NCBI GenBank assembly: GCA_030704615.1 | Contig: CM060733.1 | Location: 64,418,001 to 64,482,000 of the forward strand | From: Takakia lepidozioides | Lineage: Eukaryota > Plantae > Bryophyta | DNA: 64,000 nucleotides | Direction of reading: 5' to 3' | In this document: positions 13,870 through 27,320 of the stretch, in pieces | Position numbering within the stretch: position 1 is the first letter of the stretch | Layout of the letters: each line of letters starts with the position of its first letter | Translations under genes and position numbers: made by a program | The notes under the pieces: model-generated | What the model saw: only the letters and a program-made list of their open reading frames with translations | What the model was told of the DNA's origin: nothing | The model's database searches: none

Positions 13870-16720
13870 CTTCTGCAACCATAGAACCAAATCTCCCGTC
13901 TTAAATGTTTTTAACTTGTTTTCATCAAACTGTTCCTTCCTCTTCATCTGAATTCTGGTCATATTATCAGCTGCATCAGCACGTACTTCTTCCACATGGT
14001 ATAATTCATGTTTCCTGACCTAATGGAATCTTGCAATTCCATTCTCTTTCCCCACTCCATTCTCATGGTAGGTAACAGGAATTCCACTGGAAGTAAGGCT
14101 TCCATATTATAAACTAATTGGAATGGTGTATACTTAGTGGTGACTTTATATGAAGTCATGTATGACCACAAAGCTGTCAACAGCTTTGTATCCCAATCCG
14201 TTCTGTTTGCATTGACTATCTTAGCCAAGATGGTACATAGTATTTTGTTGGTAGCCTCTGCCTGTCCATTACCCTGTGGGTAATATGTTGTACTCTTCCT
14301 ATGCACAATCATGAATTCTTTAGTCAATAATTCAATGGTCTCATTAATGAAGTGACTTCCCTTATCACTGATAAATTCTAAGGGACAGCCAAATCGTGCA
14401 AGTATGTTCTCATACATGAACCTTGTTGTGGACTTGGCTGTGTTGTCCCTCAAAGCTTTAGCTTCCACCCACTTCGTAGTATAATCAGTTGCTGTAATTA
14501 TGTACTTGTTCCGTGTATTCTTGGCTGGTGGGTTAATTGGTCCAACAAAGTCTAGTCCCCATTTCTGAAATGGTTCCGTAGGCATTGTAGGATGCAAGGC
14601 CATCCTTCCAGATCTCTGCAAAGGTCCTAGCCTCTGACATTCATCACAACTTTGACAATACTTGTGTACATCTTTGAATAAAGTAGGCCACCAGTACCCT
14701 GCGAGTAGTATCTTTCTACTGGTAGTCTCTTCTCCAAAATGACCTCCAGCCACTCCTTTATGAACTTCCTCCAAAACTTTATTTACTTCATGGTGGTACA
14801 AGCATCGTTTTAGTACTCCATCAGGTCCTAGCTTATACATTCTGCTTCCTACCATAGTATAGGTAAAGCTTTGATAGCGATTCTCTTCCTCTGCTCCTTA
14901 CCATAACTAGGTGGGCATTGACCATGAGTAAGGTAGTATCTGATTGGCCACTGCCAATCTAACCATTCATCTGCACTTCCTTGCACCTCCATTACAAATA
15001 AACTCGCATCAGGTAACTGATCGTCCACTCCTGTGGCGGCCTCTCCTGTTGTTAGTCGTGACAAATGATCTGCCACAAGATGCAAACGGCCAGGCTTGTA
15101 AATAACCTCGAACTCAAACTCATGCAAGATTATTAACCACCTCGCTATCCTTCCACTTATCAAAGGTTTGTTCACCAGATATATCAGAGCCTGGTGATCC
15201 ACATAAACATAAACTTTCTTCCCAATAGGTAATGCCTGAATTTCTTGACTGCATAAATCATTGCTAGTGCTTCTCTATCAGTTGTGCTATAGTTCCTTTC
15301 AGCACTGTTCATCAACCCGCTAGCATAGTACACAGGTGAATCTATATTTCCTGTAACATTCTGGGCTAACACCGCTCCCAACGCTTCTCCTGATGCATCG
15401 CAGTGAACATGAAATACTACATGCCAGTGAGGGTTAATCAGCACAGGTGTAGTTGTTACTGACAGTGTAAGTTCCTCAAACGCATGTTGACATTCAGCTG
15501 TCCAGGCAAACACTGCATCTTTCTTCAGAAGCTTGCTCAATGGTGCTGCTATTTGTGCATACATTTTGACAAATCTTCTGTAATAACTGGTTTGCCCAAG
15601 GAATCTCCTTAAACTCTTAACATTCACTGGTGGTGGAGAGGCTTTAATGGACTTTGTCTTCCTGGGATCCACAAGAAGTCCCTTCTTACACACAATGTGT
15701 CCCAGAAGCACCCCTGAGTTCACACAGAAAGTACACTTCTCCGGATTCAAGCCCAGACCTCTCATCCTGCATCTGGCCAGACATAACTCCAATTTATGCA
15801 AGTGCTCATTCTTAGAGCTGTACACACTGAAATCATCCAAGAACACCTGCATGAAATCATCCAGATACTCATGAAAAGATTCACTTATTACTCTCTGAAA
15901 GGTTGCTGGTGCATTACAAAGTCCAAAGGGCATGACTTTGTATGCATAAGCACCCCAGTCTGTGATGAAAGCTGTCTTTCCTTGATCTTCTTCTGCCACT
16001 TGCACTTGATTATAACCACTGAAACCATCCATGAATGAGTACATCTCATGGCCTGCCACAGTGTCCAATACTGCTTCTGTGAATGGCAAAGGGAAAGGAT
16101 CTTTCTTCGTACAAGCATTCAGCTTCTTGTAGTTCACACATACTCTTAGTTTACCATTCTTCTTGGGAACTATAACAATGGGTGACAACCAAGTTGTATA
16201 CTCTATTGGGTATATAAACTTAGCCTCAGCCAACTTCTTGATCTCTTCTCCAACCTTCTGTGCGTAGTTGGGATTCATTCTGTACCTCGCCTGCTTGATT
16301 GGTACTGACCCTGGTTCCAGTTCAATCTTATGCTGACAGACTTCAGGTGGTATCATTTTTAGATCCTCATAGCTCCAAGCAAATACATCTCTGTATTTGA
16401 TGAACAAGCTTTTAGCTTCTTCAAAGAATTCGGCTCCAAATCAGCTCCTACTTTCACCATCCTCGGTTCCTCTTTAGTTCCCACATTCACTTCCCTCACC
16501 TGCTCATCAGCTGTGATTGTCCAACCAGTCACCACTTCATCCTGTAAGCTCACAGTGGCTGGTTCCTCTAGGATTTCCATTTCTCTTTCTCTTTCTTCAT
16601 AGAAATGTGATGGGTAACTACTGGTTTCCTCTTCAGTTGGTGTTGCTGTCACTACACCACAGCAGATACCTCTTAAACAACTTAGGCTTCCAGCCGCATC
16701 TCTGCAACTTGCTCCCACTC
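13870..16720 (-). pseudogene. pol: Gypsy pol: RT, RNase H, integrase (frameshifted)
   Basis: RT (MPFGLCNAPATFQR, FLDD). RNase H (CDAS, NYSTTDRE, DHQAL). Integrase HHCC (H.GVAGGH..CDEC) and DDE (GLDFVG, SDKGSHF, QAE). Confidence 0.95.
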
Positions 16721-19301
16721 TAGGTGTGCAGCAAATAGGGTAGCTTCCTGCTCCTCATCCAGTCCTCTTTTCCAGTCATACTCTCTGACTCCTCGAGGTC
16801 TTCTCGTAGCAGGTAATCTACTAGATTCTTTGTGGTAATTTGTATCTCGTGTATCCCATTATGCACGGTTAGTAACTGAGAATTCCAGTCATGGAATACC
16901 CTGGCCTGTTTCAGCCACGGACGTCCCAATAATAAGGAGTAAGCCTCCATGACTTCATCCATCTTCAACACAGTTACTGTGATCATAAAGATCATCTTCT
17001 GTATCTGTATCTTAACTCCTCTTATTAATCCCAATGGCTGTACACTTCTTTGATCTGCCATTGTTACTGTAAATGGGGCTGGTTTCATGTTACGTAGACC
17101 AAGCTTCTTTCTTAATTGGTCTGTCATGATATTTACTCCAGAACCTCCATCTATCAGTACATCAGTTAGTTCTGTGCTTCCAATTCTCAATTGGATTACT
17201 GGCATAGAATCATCAAAGTCCATGACTGTTTCTCGCCCTTCCGCCTTCACATTATAACTGGTCACCTTGCTGTTCAGGTCTGTGTTTCCTGTCTCCTGGG
17301 CAATTTGATTGATTGCTTGATACAGCCTGTGCCTACAATAAGGTGCCATAGCCAATAGCTGTCCAATGGTAATCTCTGCTTTGGTCTGGCATATTACTTC
17401 AGCCAAAGTCTCTTCATTACTTTGCATGCCTGCATCTTCTTTCTTCCTTTCATCCTCACTCACTTCTTCTTCTTCATCAGAATCAGAGGAATCTGCCACA
17501 GGAATATCAGTACTCTTCTGCATTTCCCTTATGGTATCTGCCACTTCCTTGTGCAGTTCCTTCTCATCTTTCCAAGTCTCTTCATCTTCAGGCATATCAC
17601 TGCCATCTTCATTATCATCATCTTCCTCAGCTACTGGAGGTATTAGTTCGGCTTTGCTTCTGGTTACTATCATTGTACTTACTTCTGGTACAACACATGG
17701 CCTAACCATGTGAGCTGCCATCACTGGGCCCTCATTCACAGGAGCTCTCATCTCATTCTGGTGTCTTATCCAGAATGAACAGGCTGCCCTGCGATGTCCT
17801 GGCTGATTACAATAGTAACATAGTTCTTCACCATTGGGTCCTCGCCCTTGGTCTGTTCTTGGATTATTTCTGTAATCCTGATTCCCGGGCTGGTAATTCC
17901 CCCTTGGATTACCCTGATAGTTGCCTCTGGAATTTCCTTGGTAATTTCCTCTTGAATTACCTCTCCCTTCCCTGACATTGTTATAACCACCAGACCTACC
18001 ATAGTGGTCCTGATCATTGTTTCTTCTTGGCTGGGGCTGCACCTGATGCACCCTTACTTGCCTAGGTTCTCTTGCAGCTGTCCTTCTGTTGTAGTAACAA
18101 TTCTCAGTAGAATGGTTATCCATTTTACAGATAGTACAGTGTTTCTCCTTCATGTGGCATTCTGTGGTGGTATGGCCTTCATTCTGGCACTTTGCCACAC
18201 CATACACCCTTCCTCCAATGTGTTACAGCCTCTGTGGCATACTTCTTCAAGATTTCTTCCAATCTTTTTTCATAGTTATCCCTCTTCAACTTCTCCTTTC
18301 TCTTACTCTTCTTTTTTAGTTCTTGCTCTTCTTCTTCATCTGACTCATCCTCAGAGTCCTCAACATCCCTTTTCTCTCTCCTGAGCATTCCCAATTGCTC
18401 AATTCTGTTTGCAGTTTCAAATGCCTCCTCCACTGTATTATGGGTAACATATCCACTTTCTTTTGCAACTCTGGTCTTAGTCCACTCACAAACCAAGTCT
18501 TCTGTAAACCGGGTGCTGGTACTGCAAACAGCTTTTTCATCATCAATTCCATCTTTTCCATATACTCCTCAACAGTTTCATGCTTCTTTTGCTTTAACTG
18601 TTGTAAACTTCTATACACTTCATCCTCAATTTTACTTGTCCTGAACCTATTTCGAAATGCTGTATTCAAGCCATTCCAGGTTAGGAAATGATTATCAGGG
18701 AATCTTGCATACCATTCAATTGCTTTCTTGATAAGTGAACAAGGAAACAATCTCATCTTGGCATCATCGCCATTCTCATTGTTCACTATACACATGTGCT
18801 CAAATTGGCTAATGTGTACATCGGGATCCCTTTTTTCTGAATATATTGGAAAGGGTGGTTTTGCCCGTGTTGGTTGTAACGCCATCGTGGCCCCTACCTT
18901 CTGCCCACTGACAGGGGCTGGCACCCTTGCTGGTGCTGGTCCTTCTGGACTTGTTGTTTTTGTGGTGGATCTTCCACCAAGTGGTGGCCCTTGAGCACTC
19001 CTGCTACTGGCCCCACGATATTCACAGTATTCCTAGCTTCAGTTGCACTACTTCCCACACTCCCTGTCCCCCCAGAGCCAGATCCAAGCCGCCCACTTGA
19101 TCCCCCTGAGCCGACACCTTCGTTGGCCTGTGATCCAAGTGCTCCACTTGATCCAGGTCCAACGGGTTGGGATGTCCTGGTTGTAGTCTCAACCTCAGCT
19201 GTTGGGTCTATTTCTTCATACTCTTCCTCTTCCAATTTCTTCTCCCTGTTTTCATCCTCCAAGTTCTGTCCTTGGGTTTCTTCTTCACTCATGTAACTCA
19301 A
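16720..19301 (-). pseudogene. gag: Gypsy gag plus aspartic protease (frameshifted)
   Basis: Retrotrans_gag-like (LFPCSL..A.EWY, LKQKKHETVEEY). CCHC knuckles CTICKMDNHSTENC and CYYCNQPGHRRAAC. Protease LIDGGSG ... LLLGRPWL. Confidence 0.9.
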
Positions 19302-20439
19302 CTACAATGGTGTTGGAGAGTCTGAACTCTCCGTTGGCTCTGCCACCCTCCTCTCCTCCTTCTTCACCTTCCGCTTCAGAAACTGGAGTTCCCGCTTTTG
19401 GTGTTCCATGCCAACTCTTATCAAAGATTTCTGTCAAATCTTTTATCCAGGGATGTACCTCAGATCTTTCACCTCGTGATTGATCTTCTTCCCGTACCAA
19501 TTCCCTTAATCTTTCTTGCAAAGAAACAGAAGGAGTGGCAATCCAACTCTAGTTCTTCCCGGTATGGGTGATGTACTCTTTGATCTTAATGGTGTGAGAG
19601 GTCTAGATGATTCCCCTATGTCTATTCCTCTCTCCCAAGATATGGATAATTAGCTTTCAGATAGCTTTCTCTTTTTGCTGAATATCTCTGGCGTCTAGCT
19701 TCTCTTTCATCACTCATGTCCCATGTCTTTCATTTCTTTTTTAATGTGGCAATAACCAAAACTCTCTTCTATAATATCTCTCGTATATGCCTGGGTTCTT
19801 TCAAGCTTCAATGCACCCTTGGCTATACTTGAAGTCTCCGTTACCATATAACCATATGCAAACACAGTCTAGAAAGCTGTTCTTGGTGTGAGTTTGATCC
19901 ACAAAATATCCTTTGGAATCCAATTCTTTACACAGTACAAGCTCTTCATGCATATGAGTATAAACATTCACTTTTCTTTCCTCCCAGCCTTCAAACTCTA
20001 ACTCGCTTAATGGATAGTAAAGGCTATCACATAAACCAATGTTGGTAACCACCGTGCTCTTCCTCTACAGGCTACCTGATAAATCTTTATCACTCCCTTT
20101 CTCCAGACCCCATTCCGGATCAGCATCATGCACTCTGCTAAGAATATTTTCTTTACAACCGACCGGCAATTCCAAGAACCTTTGAAAGAATTGTTTGGAC
20201 AATCTTTCTTCCTTCGTTCCACAGGGAATTTGATTCACTTCAAATTCTTTAATGGTCCAACCACCATGATCCCACCAGATGCCTGTCACATCTGGTTGTT
20301 CATGACTCAGTTCCCCAGTATGGTCGCCAAATGTCGCGCGGCTTTTACTCACCCATCCCTTCGCTATCCGAGGCAGAAACTCCAAGATAGAAGAGTTGGA
20401 AATCTCTAAGTACTCAGCCCGCTCAGAACAATCAGTCAT
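19285..20439 (-). pseudogene. Extra sense-strand ORF upstream of gag (roughly 380 aa if frameshifts are repaired), function unknown
   Basis: ORF pieces 20065-20439, 20007-20222, 19801-20052 and 19285-19521 join up. Homologous peptides occur in the copies at 270-964 (-) and ~4318-5350 (+). Confidence 0.55.
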
Positions 20440-21299
20440 GACCTACAGCTAGTGTATCATGGGGGTGTTTCCTATTTGTTTTCCTTTCCGCATTCATGTT
20501 AGCTAGCTACCTTACTATTGATAAATAAGTATTAGTTTGCTTCATCAATCTATCGGATTCCATCAACTCATCCATTCATTCCACAACTTCACTCAGATCT
20601 CTCTACACAGTGTGAGTATGAAGTGTGTATCAGATTAATATCTATCAAGTATCAGGCTGAAGCCATGGTGTCTCTAATCTACTCTACATTACAATTCTAT
20701 AGCTTGCATTCATCAAGTAACAACAGATCGTCACTTCTCCTACTCCGTGCTCTTCATCTTTCCACTCAGAGATGTGCTCTCCCCCCTATTTCCAAGCCCT
20801 GATGCCAGAAGTCCCCCACCCCGAAGTGATCTCCCGCCTCCCCCTTTCAGTCCTTGCTCCTAGTTTTATCTTCCTACCCGTTGTTCTAACCGCTTCCCTC
20901 ACTAACCGTCGTCCGTGAACTAACATGTTCCATTCGCAGGTGTTGTTCCCCACAGTCGTTCCCTGTCCTGCTATCCGTTCCCTATGGTCGTGACAGCTGT
21001 GTGAAACTGTGACCGGCTGTGACCGGCTGTGTCGGGTTGTGACTGGTTGTGCGACTGTGTTTGGCTGTGTTGGGCTGTGACGGGCTGTGTTGGCTGTGAT
21101 GGGCTGTGTCGGGCTGTGCGAAGCTGTGACGGGCTGTGTTGGCTGTGACTGGCTCTGTTGGCTGTGACGGGTTGTGTAACCCCCTTCTAAAGTGCGCTGC
21201 TGTCACCCCTAAGGCTCCTGTTGGTCTCAGTCTGTGCAAAAATTAAGGGTACCCTATAGATCCCGTATAAGTGTCTAAGTCCCAGACAGTCCTCTAACA

Positions 21300-21952
21300 C
21301 AACTCGTCCACAAAATGGTCTGAGACACCGTGGGTTGTGCACAGGTTCATCAACAGCATGGTGGCAGCAAGCTTTGTGGATTTGCATCCCTCGTACAGTG
21401 GCACACATGCTTCTTCTAGTGTCATGTGTGCATAATTCAATTCTCCATCTCCACCTCCTTCCACGTCTTCCCCCACGTGAATGCATTCATTTCCTGCGTC
21501 ATCACCATCCCCAGTTGTCGCAGCGCCGTCCCCCTCTTCAGCATCGTCCATGATGTGGAATGCTTCCTGCAACATTCGAGTAATCTCCACCCCTCCGTCC
21601 ATGCCTGGTTCATGTCTTGCGCCCATGACATAGTCCTCGTCTGGCCTGTCTGTATGGCTCCCTCGGCGGTGTGCATTGTCCAATTGTGCCACTCCTCATC
21701 ATCTTCGTCTACAGGTCCATCTCCAATCCACACCCGAAATGCTCAATGTCTTTTGTGGTGAAGGAGATGTGTGCGCACACCATCCTCAGATCTACTTGTA
21801 GTGCCCAAACAACGTTCACATGGGCATGGCATCCTTGAAAGCCCAAGGGCTCGGGCACGTGCCACTTCTCTTTCCCTTAACCTGTCATCTCGGGTGTTCT
21901 GTCTATAGGGGTGATTAATTGGAAGTCCTCTGCATGGGCGAGGGGAACTCAT
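21300..21952 (-). pseudogene. CACTA/En-Spm transposase N-terminus (transposase-associated domain and start of Tnp2), cut by the Gypsy element
   Basis: MPCPCERC..VRTHLLHH, then EEACVPLYEGCKSTKLAATMLLMNLCTTHGVSDHFVDEL, ending exactly at the Gypsy terminus. Confidence 0.8.
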
Positions 21953-24009
21953 TTTTGTTGGGGAGCCTCTTCAATGCTGTTTGTGCACGCCGTTGCAGGG
22001 GGCCGGATTCTCCTTTGCAGAGATTTCTCAATTTGGCTCTGCCACTCCCATTTCACTACCGTCAATTCCCTCCTCCTGCAATCTCAATTTGAAAGGTTCA
22101 GCCACACATCCTTTGGCAGAGAAGACAGTTGACATTTTATACCAACCAGTAGATTCCACAACATGATGAAAAGTTACACTCAACAGCAAACCATTTAAAA
22201 GCCATCACGATGCTTCCCATCATAACTAGAATCTTTTCAACAAGACACTGAGAGAAATGACCAAAATCGACTCAAACAACGACATCCTGGAAAACGACCT
22301 GTCTCTACAGTTCGTGTGTGTGTGAGGAATCGGAGGACGTACGTGGAATTTCAATTTTCACGATTGACGACGTTGTGATCTTGGGCATATGGTTGAATGT
22401 GTATTAAATGTGTGCATTGAAGTGTGAACAACCTGACTACAAGGCCAAAACCTGCGCCACTTGTCTTAGGCCATCTCCAAATCACGTTTCGGCGGACAAT
22501 CCCGTTCCGTTGCCGTGAAATTGCACCGTGGCGGGAAGGGAGTCCATTTGTGTGGCTCTATCGCCATGGCGGGAAGGGGAGCATGTTAAAAATGGAGCAT
22601 CGCCCTGCCACTTCACTCATTTGCTGTTTGCAGCTTCTTCCACCATCTTTCTTACTTAATTCTGATTCTTGCAATGCTGCCCTTGAGACGGCAACTGCAA
22701 GTGACCGGATCCTTTGATCGTTGCATTCAAAGACACTTATGTGTAGCAGATCGCAGACCCCCAAATGCCTGGAGAGAAAGCCAGAGGCAGTCAATGCATG
22801 CACGGTTGTTTTGCACTGGTTGGGACGGAGTGGGGTGTAGAGGAGGCGTGTTGTGCCCGAGTTCGCATGCCTAGCATCCTACAGCCGGCGGCTTTTGCAC
22901 GTTGGGCAGCAGTACCCTCTGCTGTATGATTACCATTTGTGGTACAGACTCACCGGCCTCCCCTGTCCACTTGGGTCTTGGGACAGCGACTTATGGAGTA
23001 TGTAGACAGAGTTGCATGTCGCACAGGTACACCAAAATCTCCCATGTAACATAAACCCATTTCTCATTCATGCTTGCATGTGATCCACGGGGTAATTCCA
23101 TGTTCTCCCAGCTGATGTGGGTTCGCAAATTCTCGGTGTGTAGGTGTGTGTGTGAGGACCTCAACCTGGCATGGTGCGATGGGTGTCGAATGGACCCTTA
23201 TCTGCGATGGGAGAACCACTACAGTTGAGTTTGTTTTTGCTGAATCATTTGGCAGAGCACTGTGTTCACTTCTCACACATCATGCGCATTTTCTCCAAGA
23301 ATGCATGTAAAGCGGAGCCATACACGGCATCATTGCAGTGTGTTTCCTTTGCCTAATTTTGAACGAAAAAAAGTTAACGGATCCATGTCAGTTGTGTGAA
23401 TCACTACATCTAGTTGTCTGGAGGATTGTAAGTGGTTTAGGGTTTAACGTCTCAAAGTCGAAAAGGCCATAGTGTCGGATGCACGACACGTGTTCATATT
23501 TGAAATCAACAACGGCCGGATCTTCACTACAGATCGGGGGGGTGTGTGATCACACTCCCCTCCTTGTCCTTCTTTCCTCCTTTGTATGTCTTGGTCTTCC
23601 TCGCTCGTCTTTGTCTTGGTCATGGTCTATGTCCTCGCTCGTCTTCATCTTTGTCATGGTCTATGTCCACGCCTAGTAAGAAGCGCTTGACCGCCGAGGC
23701 AGCATCACCTCCTCCCTACTTCTGCACATTCCAGCCCCGCGGTGCGAAGGAGCCCCCGCCTGGCTCGACTGAATCCGGTACAGATGGCGTCGGTGCGAGA
23801 GGGAAGGCAGAGCGGTGGGCGGTCTTTGAGTTCGGATTTTGACACAAGCGAGTATAGCATGGGCGACGACGATGAGGTGGAGGACAGTTCGGAGGAAATT
23901 GCACCTCCATCTGCAGAGTCTCTCCAAAAGGTGCGCAAACGGCACAAAACCGCTGCGCATGAGGTGTTCTTGTTTTCTAGGCGTTGAGTTCTCCTGAAAC
24001 TGAAACTGG

Positions 24010-24820
24010 GATGCACATATCCACAAAGTTGTTCAAACGGATGTCGTAGTATACAGGGCAGTAGAAGAAGAAGTGTTCTTCAGTTTCAATTTCCTTGCTG
24101 CGCCCTATGCAAGCTGGACATAGGCGGTCCTCCCATTGCAGGTTTTCCCATCTGCCAGTCTCTATCCGTAGGTTGTGGGAACCCACCCTGAACCACCCCA
24201 ATGCCCTCAAGAGGGAAGGAGGTAAGGGTGCTGAAAGGTAATTTGGTCTGAAGATTCTATCATCGCGGAGCACCAAGAATGTCTCTCGATAGAAGTGGAG
24301 CTTTGTTGTGAGATTGGGTAGCATCCAAGTTCTCTTGACATGTAATTCCATAAGCTCTCTCCGAATGAGTCTGTTGCGGTCATGTCTGGATGTGATGTCC
24401 ACCTCATGTGGGTTCATTGGTAATAGGAAAGCAGTAGAAAGTCCGTTACGTTTCAATAAACTGTCCACTCGAGCATACCAGGAGTTCCCGAAACCTGCAG
24501 CTTTGAGCCTCATAGATGTTGTGAGGGCCCTTGCCACTAGCCCTTTGGGTGGAAGGGCCTACAATCTATGGAGAAAGATTGTAAGCCTGAACTGTGCCTC
24601 GGATTGCAATGGTACACATGCGAACTCTGCACCTAGGAACTGAGATGGAGTTGTGCTCCTGGCGCCAAGCATTGCTTGGAGAAAAGATGACTGTAATGGT
24701 TCCAAATTCTTTTCCCACCAGGAGACAGGGACACCAGGTGCCCAGAACTCACAACCATTGATGGTAGCAGGGCTGACGACGGTGTCACACTGAACCCGCC
24801 TATTGGGATAAGCTTGTTGC
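24010..24820 (-). mobile_element. 5'-truncated LINE (RTE-X/L2-like ORF2 C-terminus)
   Basis: Post-RT motifs GCEFW, LQSSFLQAMLGARSTTP and FRVGSHNLRIETGRW, plus the CCHC finger CPAC..ETEEHFFFYCPVY. Confidence 0.85.
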
Positions 24821-25418
24821 CTACTGGGAGTCCCCTCGTGGACTTGCAAAGGCTGAAGGGATGAAGCAAGCGTGTGCTTGTGTCACGAACCCCTCGCGTT
24901 GGGGCCGGGCAGGAGTTGCAGGCCAAGCAGCCCGTTTGGTAATCTCCCTCACCCCCTTCTCATTGCTCTTACGTTGTGGCATGTTCTGATGGAAGAGACA
25001 CCCACGAGTGGGTGTTATTGCTTGTGCAGAATTAGTTGTATGTGATATGCAGGGCAGTGCTTTGTCCATATGCTCCTGGCATTTTGTACTGACAGTGTGT
25101 GGATGGGCAAATACAGAAAAGACGCAAAGCGTGGAGCCCGTCACTGTTCGAGCTCGGGGCGGAGTGCAAGAACGCTGCGACTGGCACCCCATCAGAGTCT
25201 GTTTTGAGCCAGGTATGTTTTGAAGTCCGGTTTCCATTCATGAATCTGTTGTTGTACTAAGATTTGGTGGGTATGTGGGGCCCCCACGCATGGTACACGA
25301 GGGGTGTTATGCCAAACCTAGCCATCTCCGAATGCCTGAAATCCTGCACATTCGGCCTCTTCTTCTGGTTTTTAACAGTACGGGTGGGTGTTTGTATGCG
25401 TAGGGAGCGGGGAACTCA

Positions 25419-26540
25419 ATGGCAGCCCGCATCGGGGCCCTGGAGAGGCTTGCGGCTCTCTCTGTGGAGCGGGAGAGGGGAATGGAAGCACAATTGAAGA
25501 AGATAGTGGAACTCATGATGGGGCAAAAAAAGGGTGTGACGGGTGGCATTATGGAAGACCCCCCTGCTGCGACCATTGTACCTGACAAGGAGGAAGTAAT
25601 TGTAGTGGGTAGGGATGTGACAGAGGTCCGGGCTGTTGTTGATGATATTCACAGTGGGGGGCAGGGTCCACTCGTTGAAGAGGGAGAGGTCCAACAAGTT
25701 GGTGGGGATGACATGGACGATGGGGGGGTCATTGCTCATGATGGGGGAAAAGGGGAAGCTGTAGGGGGAGAGGGTGGTAGTTTGCCTGGTCCAGGCTGCA
25801 GGGGGACCGAAACTTTGCCCTCCGGGGTGACTGTTGTCTCCCAACCCACTGAGGTGAGACCCCGTGACACCCCTTCAAAAGCTCCTTTCATAGAAAAGTC
25901 GAAACTAATTGTTCTAGACCTGAACGGGATCCTGTGCCACTCTATTCCTAACTTTCAGCCCAACCCGAGGCGTCATTGGCCATGGGTGTTGACCACCAAC
26001 AAGTATGTTCTCCCAAGGCCCCAGGTCTGCGAGTTTTTAAACCTTCTCTTCCGGTATTTCTACGTTGGGATATGGTCTTGTGCTTCCAAGGGGAATGTTG
26101 CAGACATCTTCAAAGTGGTCATGCAGGGGGTCAAGGGTTCTCCCCTCTTTGTGTGGTCACAAGAGGAGTGTGACCCCTTGACAGAGCCACACCCCACAAA
26201 AGGGCCTACCGTACAGAACTTACAGAAGAGACTGTCGAGGGTGTGGTCGGAATTTTCTGGATTTAACGAATCCAACACCCTCTTAGTGGAGATTCACCAC
26301 ACAAGGGGAGGGGGAACTCCCCTTTGAACATGGTCCATCCATTGTCGTTTGATGTCACTGGCAATGTCAGCGAGGGGCCTGATTCAGACTACCTTTTAGA
26401 AACAGTCTGGCCCTACTGCCAATATTTGTTTTGCTCCAAGGATGTGAGTGTCTTCACAAGCACGCGGAAGCTGACCCCGACTGGCAGCTTGAATGTGGGA
26501 GAGGATGGGGTCGTTGGGGGAAGTACTTCTGTGCCCATGC
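25419..26540 (+). pseudogene. FCP1/NIF-like HAD-fold domain exon with a coiled-coil/low-complexity N-terminus
   Basis: KLIVLDLNGILCH (DxDGT-like, second D is N), RPQVCEFL, VGIWSCA, LFVWSQEEC, KRLSRVW, FNESNTLLV. Confidence 0.75.
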
Positions 26541-27320
26541 AGGTGAAACTAACCTTACTGTTTGCAACATGACATCGAAGCCAAAGTCCATGTTTGTTTT
26601 GTTCCCCCCGGATGCCCTCTCACGCAAGGCTGGCACTATATATTTTGCAGGGACCACATGTACAGGGAGTGGCAGTGGGGTCGAATGTGAAGAAGGTGGG
26701 TCCTGCGCCTACGACCATAGTGCTACGGCGGCAGCATTCCGGATTCCCCCCCCCCGGCATGAGGAGGCAGCGCCCAAGGTATGGTTGTTCCCAGCCCCTC
26801 TCCGCAAACTTACTTGGTTGGTTTCCTTTATGGATACACTTCCTGAAGCGTTGCAATGTGTATTCATTGCAGGTGAGCAAGACGAGTGGGTTGTCCCCGG
26901 CACCATCATCGCAGCAGGACGTGGTTCCCCATGCATGCATTCATGGCTCCTTGCTTTGCCTGGCTGGTTTTTAGTAGGGTTATTTTTGCCAGGAAGTTGT
27001 AGTGCTAGGGTCTGAGCAAGGTGTTTGTTAGTTTGCTCCGTGGAGGTGTGTTTATACCATTGCAACCACCAGAGTTCATGTTATTCTTATCCGTCTGACT
27101 AAACCTCTTTTTGCTGCTGCAATTGAAGACACGTGGGCAGCTTTCCTCAGTTGCCACCCTCAGCGACGAGCTTCGCTTCAAGGTACGTTGGTACACCGTG
27201 AATTGGCTGCTGATTCAGTATTGTGGCAACCAAGATCGTTTCCATGCCCAGCTGCGCTTGACTTTCACCCTGTCATTGCTATGTTTGTTGCTGAGTGGAC
27301 CCTGATGTTGGTGTCTGCAG

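Larger units (their letters stand above)
13866..21299 (-). mobile_element. Ty3/Gypsy LTR retrotransposon (non-chromovirus, OTA/Phygy-like), 3'-truncated
   Basis: Domain order gag-PR-RT-RH-INT. RT signature KKDPFPLPF..DGFSGYNQV..FLDD. TG start at 21299. No 3' LTR: the integrase tail is joined to MULE sequence at 13865. Confidence 0.95.

Noticed and set aside
20620-20660. Resemblance to a U2 snRNA segment (TATCAGATTAATATCT)
   Set aside because: Short imperfect match inside a Gypsy leader, with no other U2 features.
3318-21299. A single LTR element bounded by 3318 and 21299
   Set aside because: The repeats are inverted, not direct. Both are 5' ends and no TSD is present.
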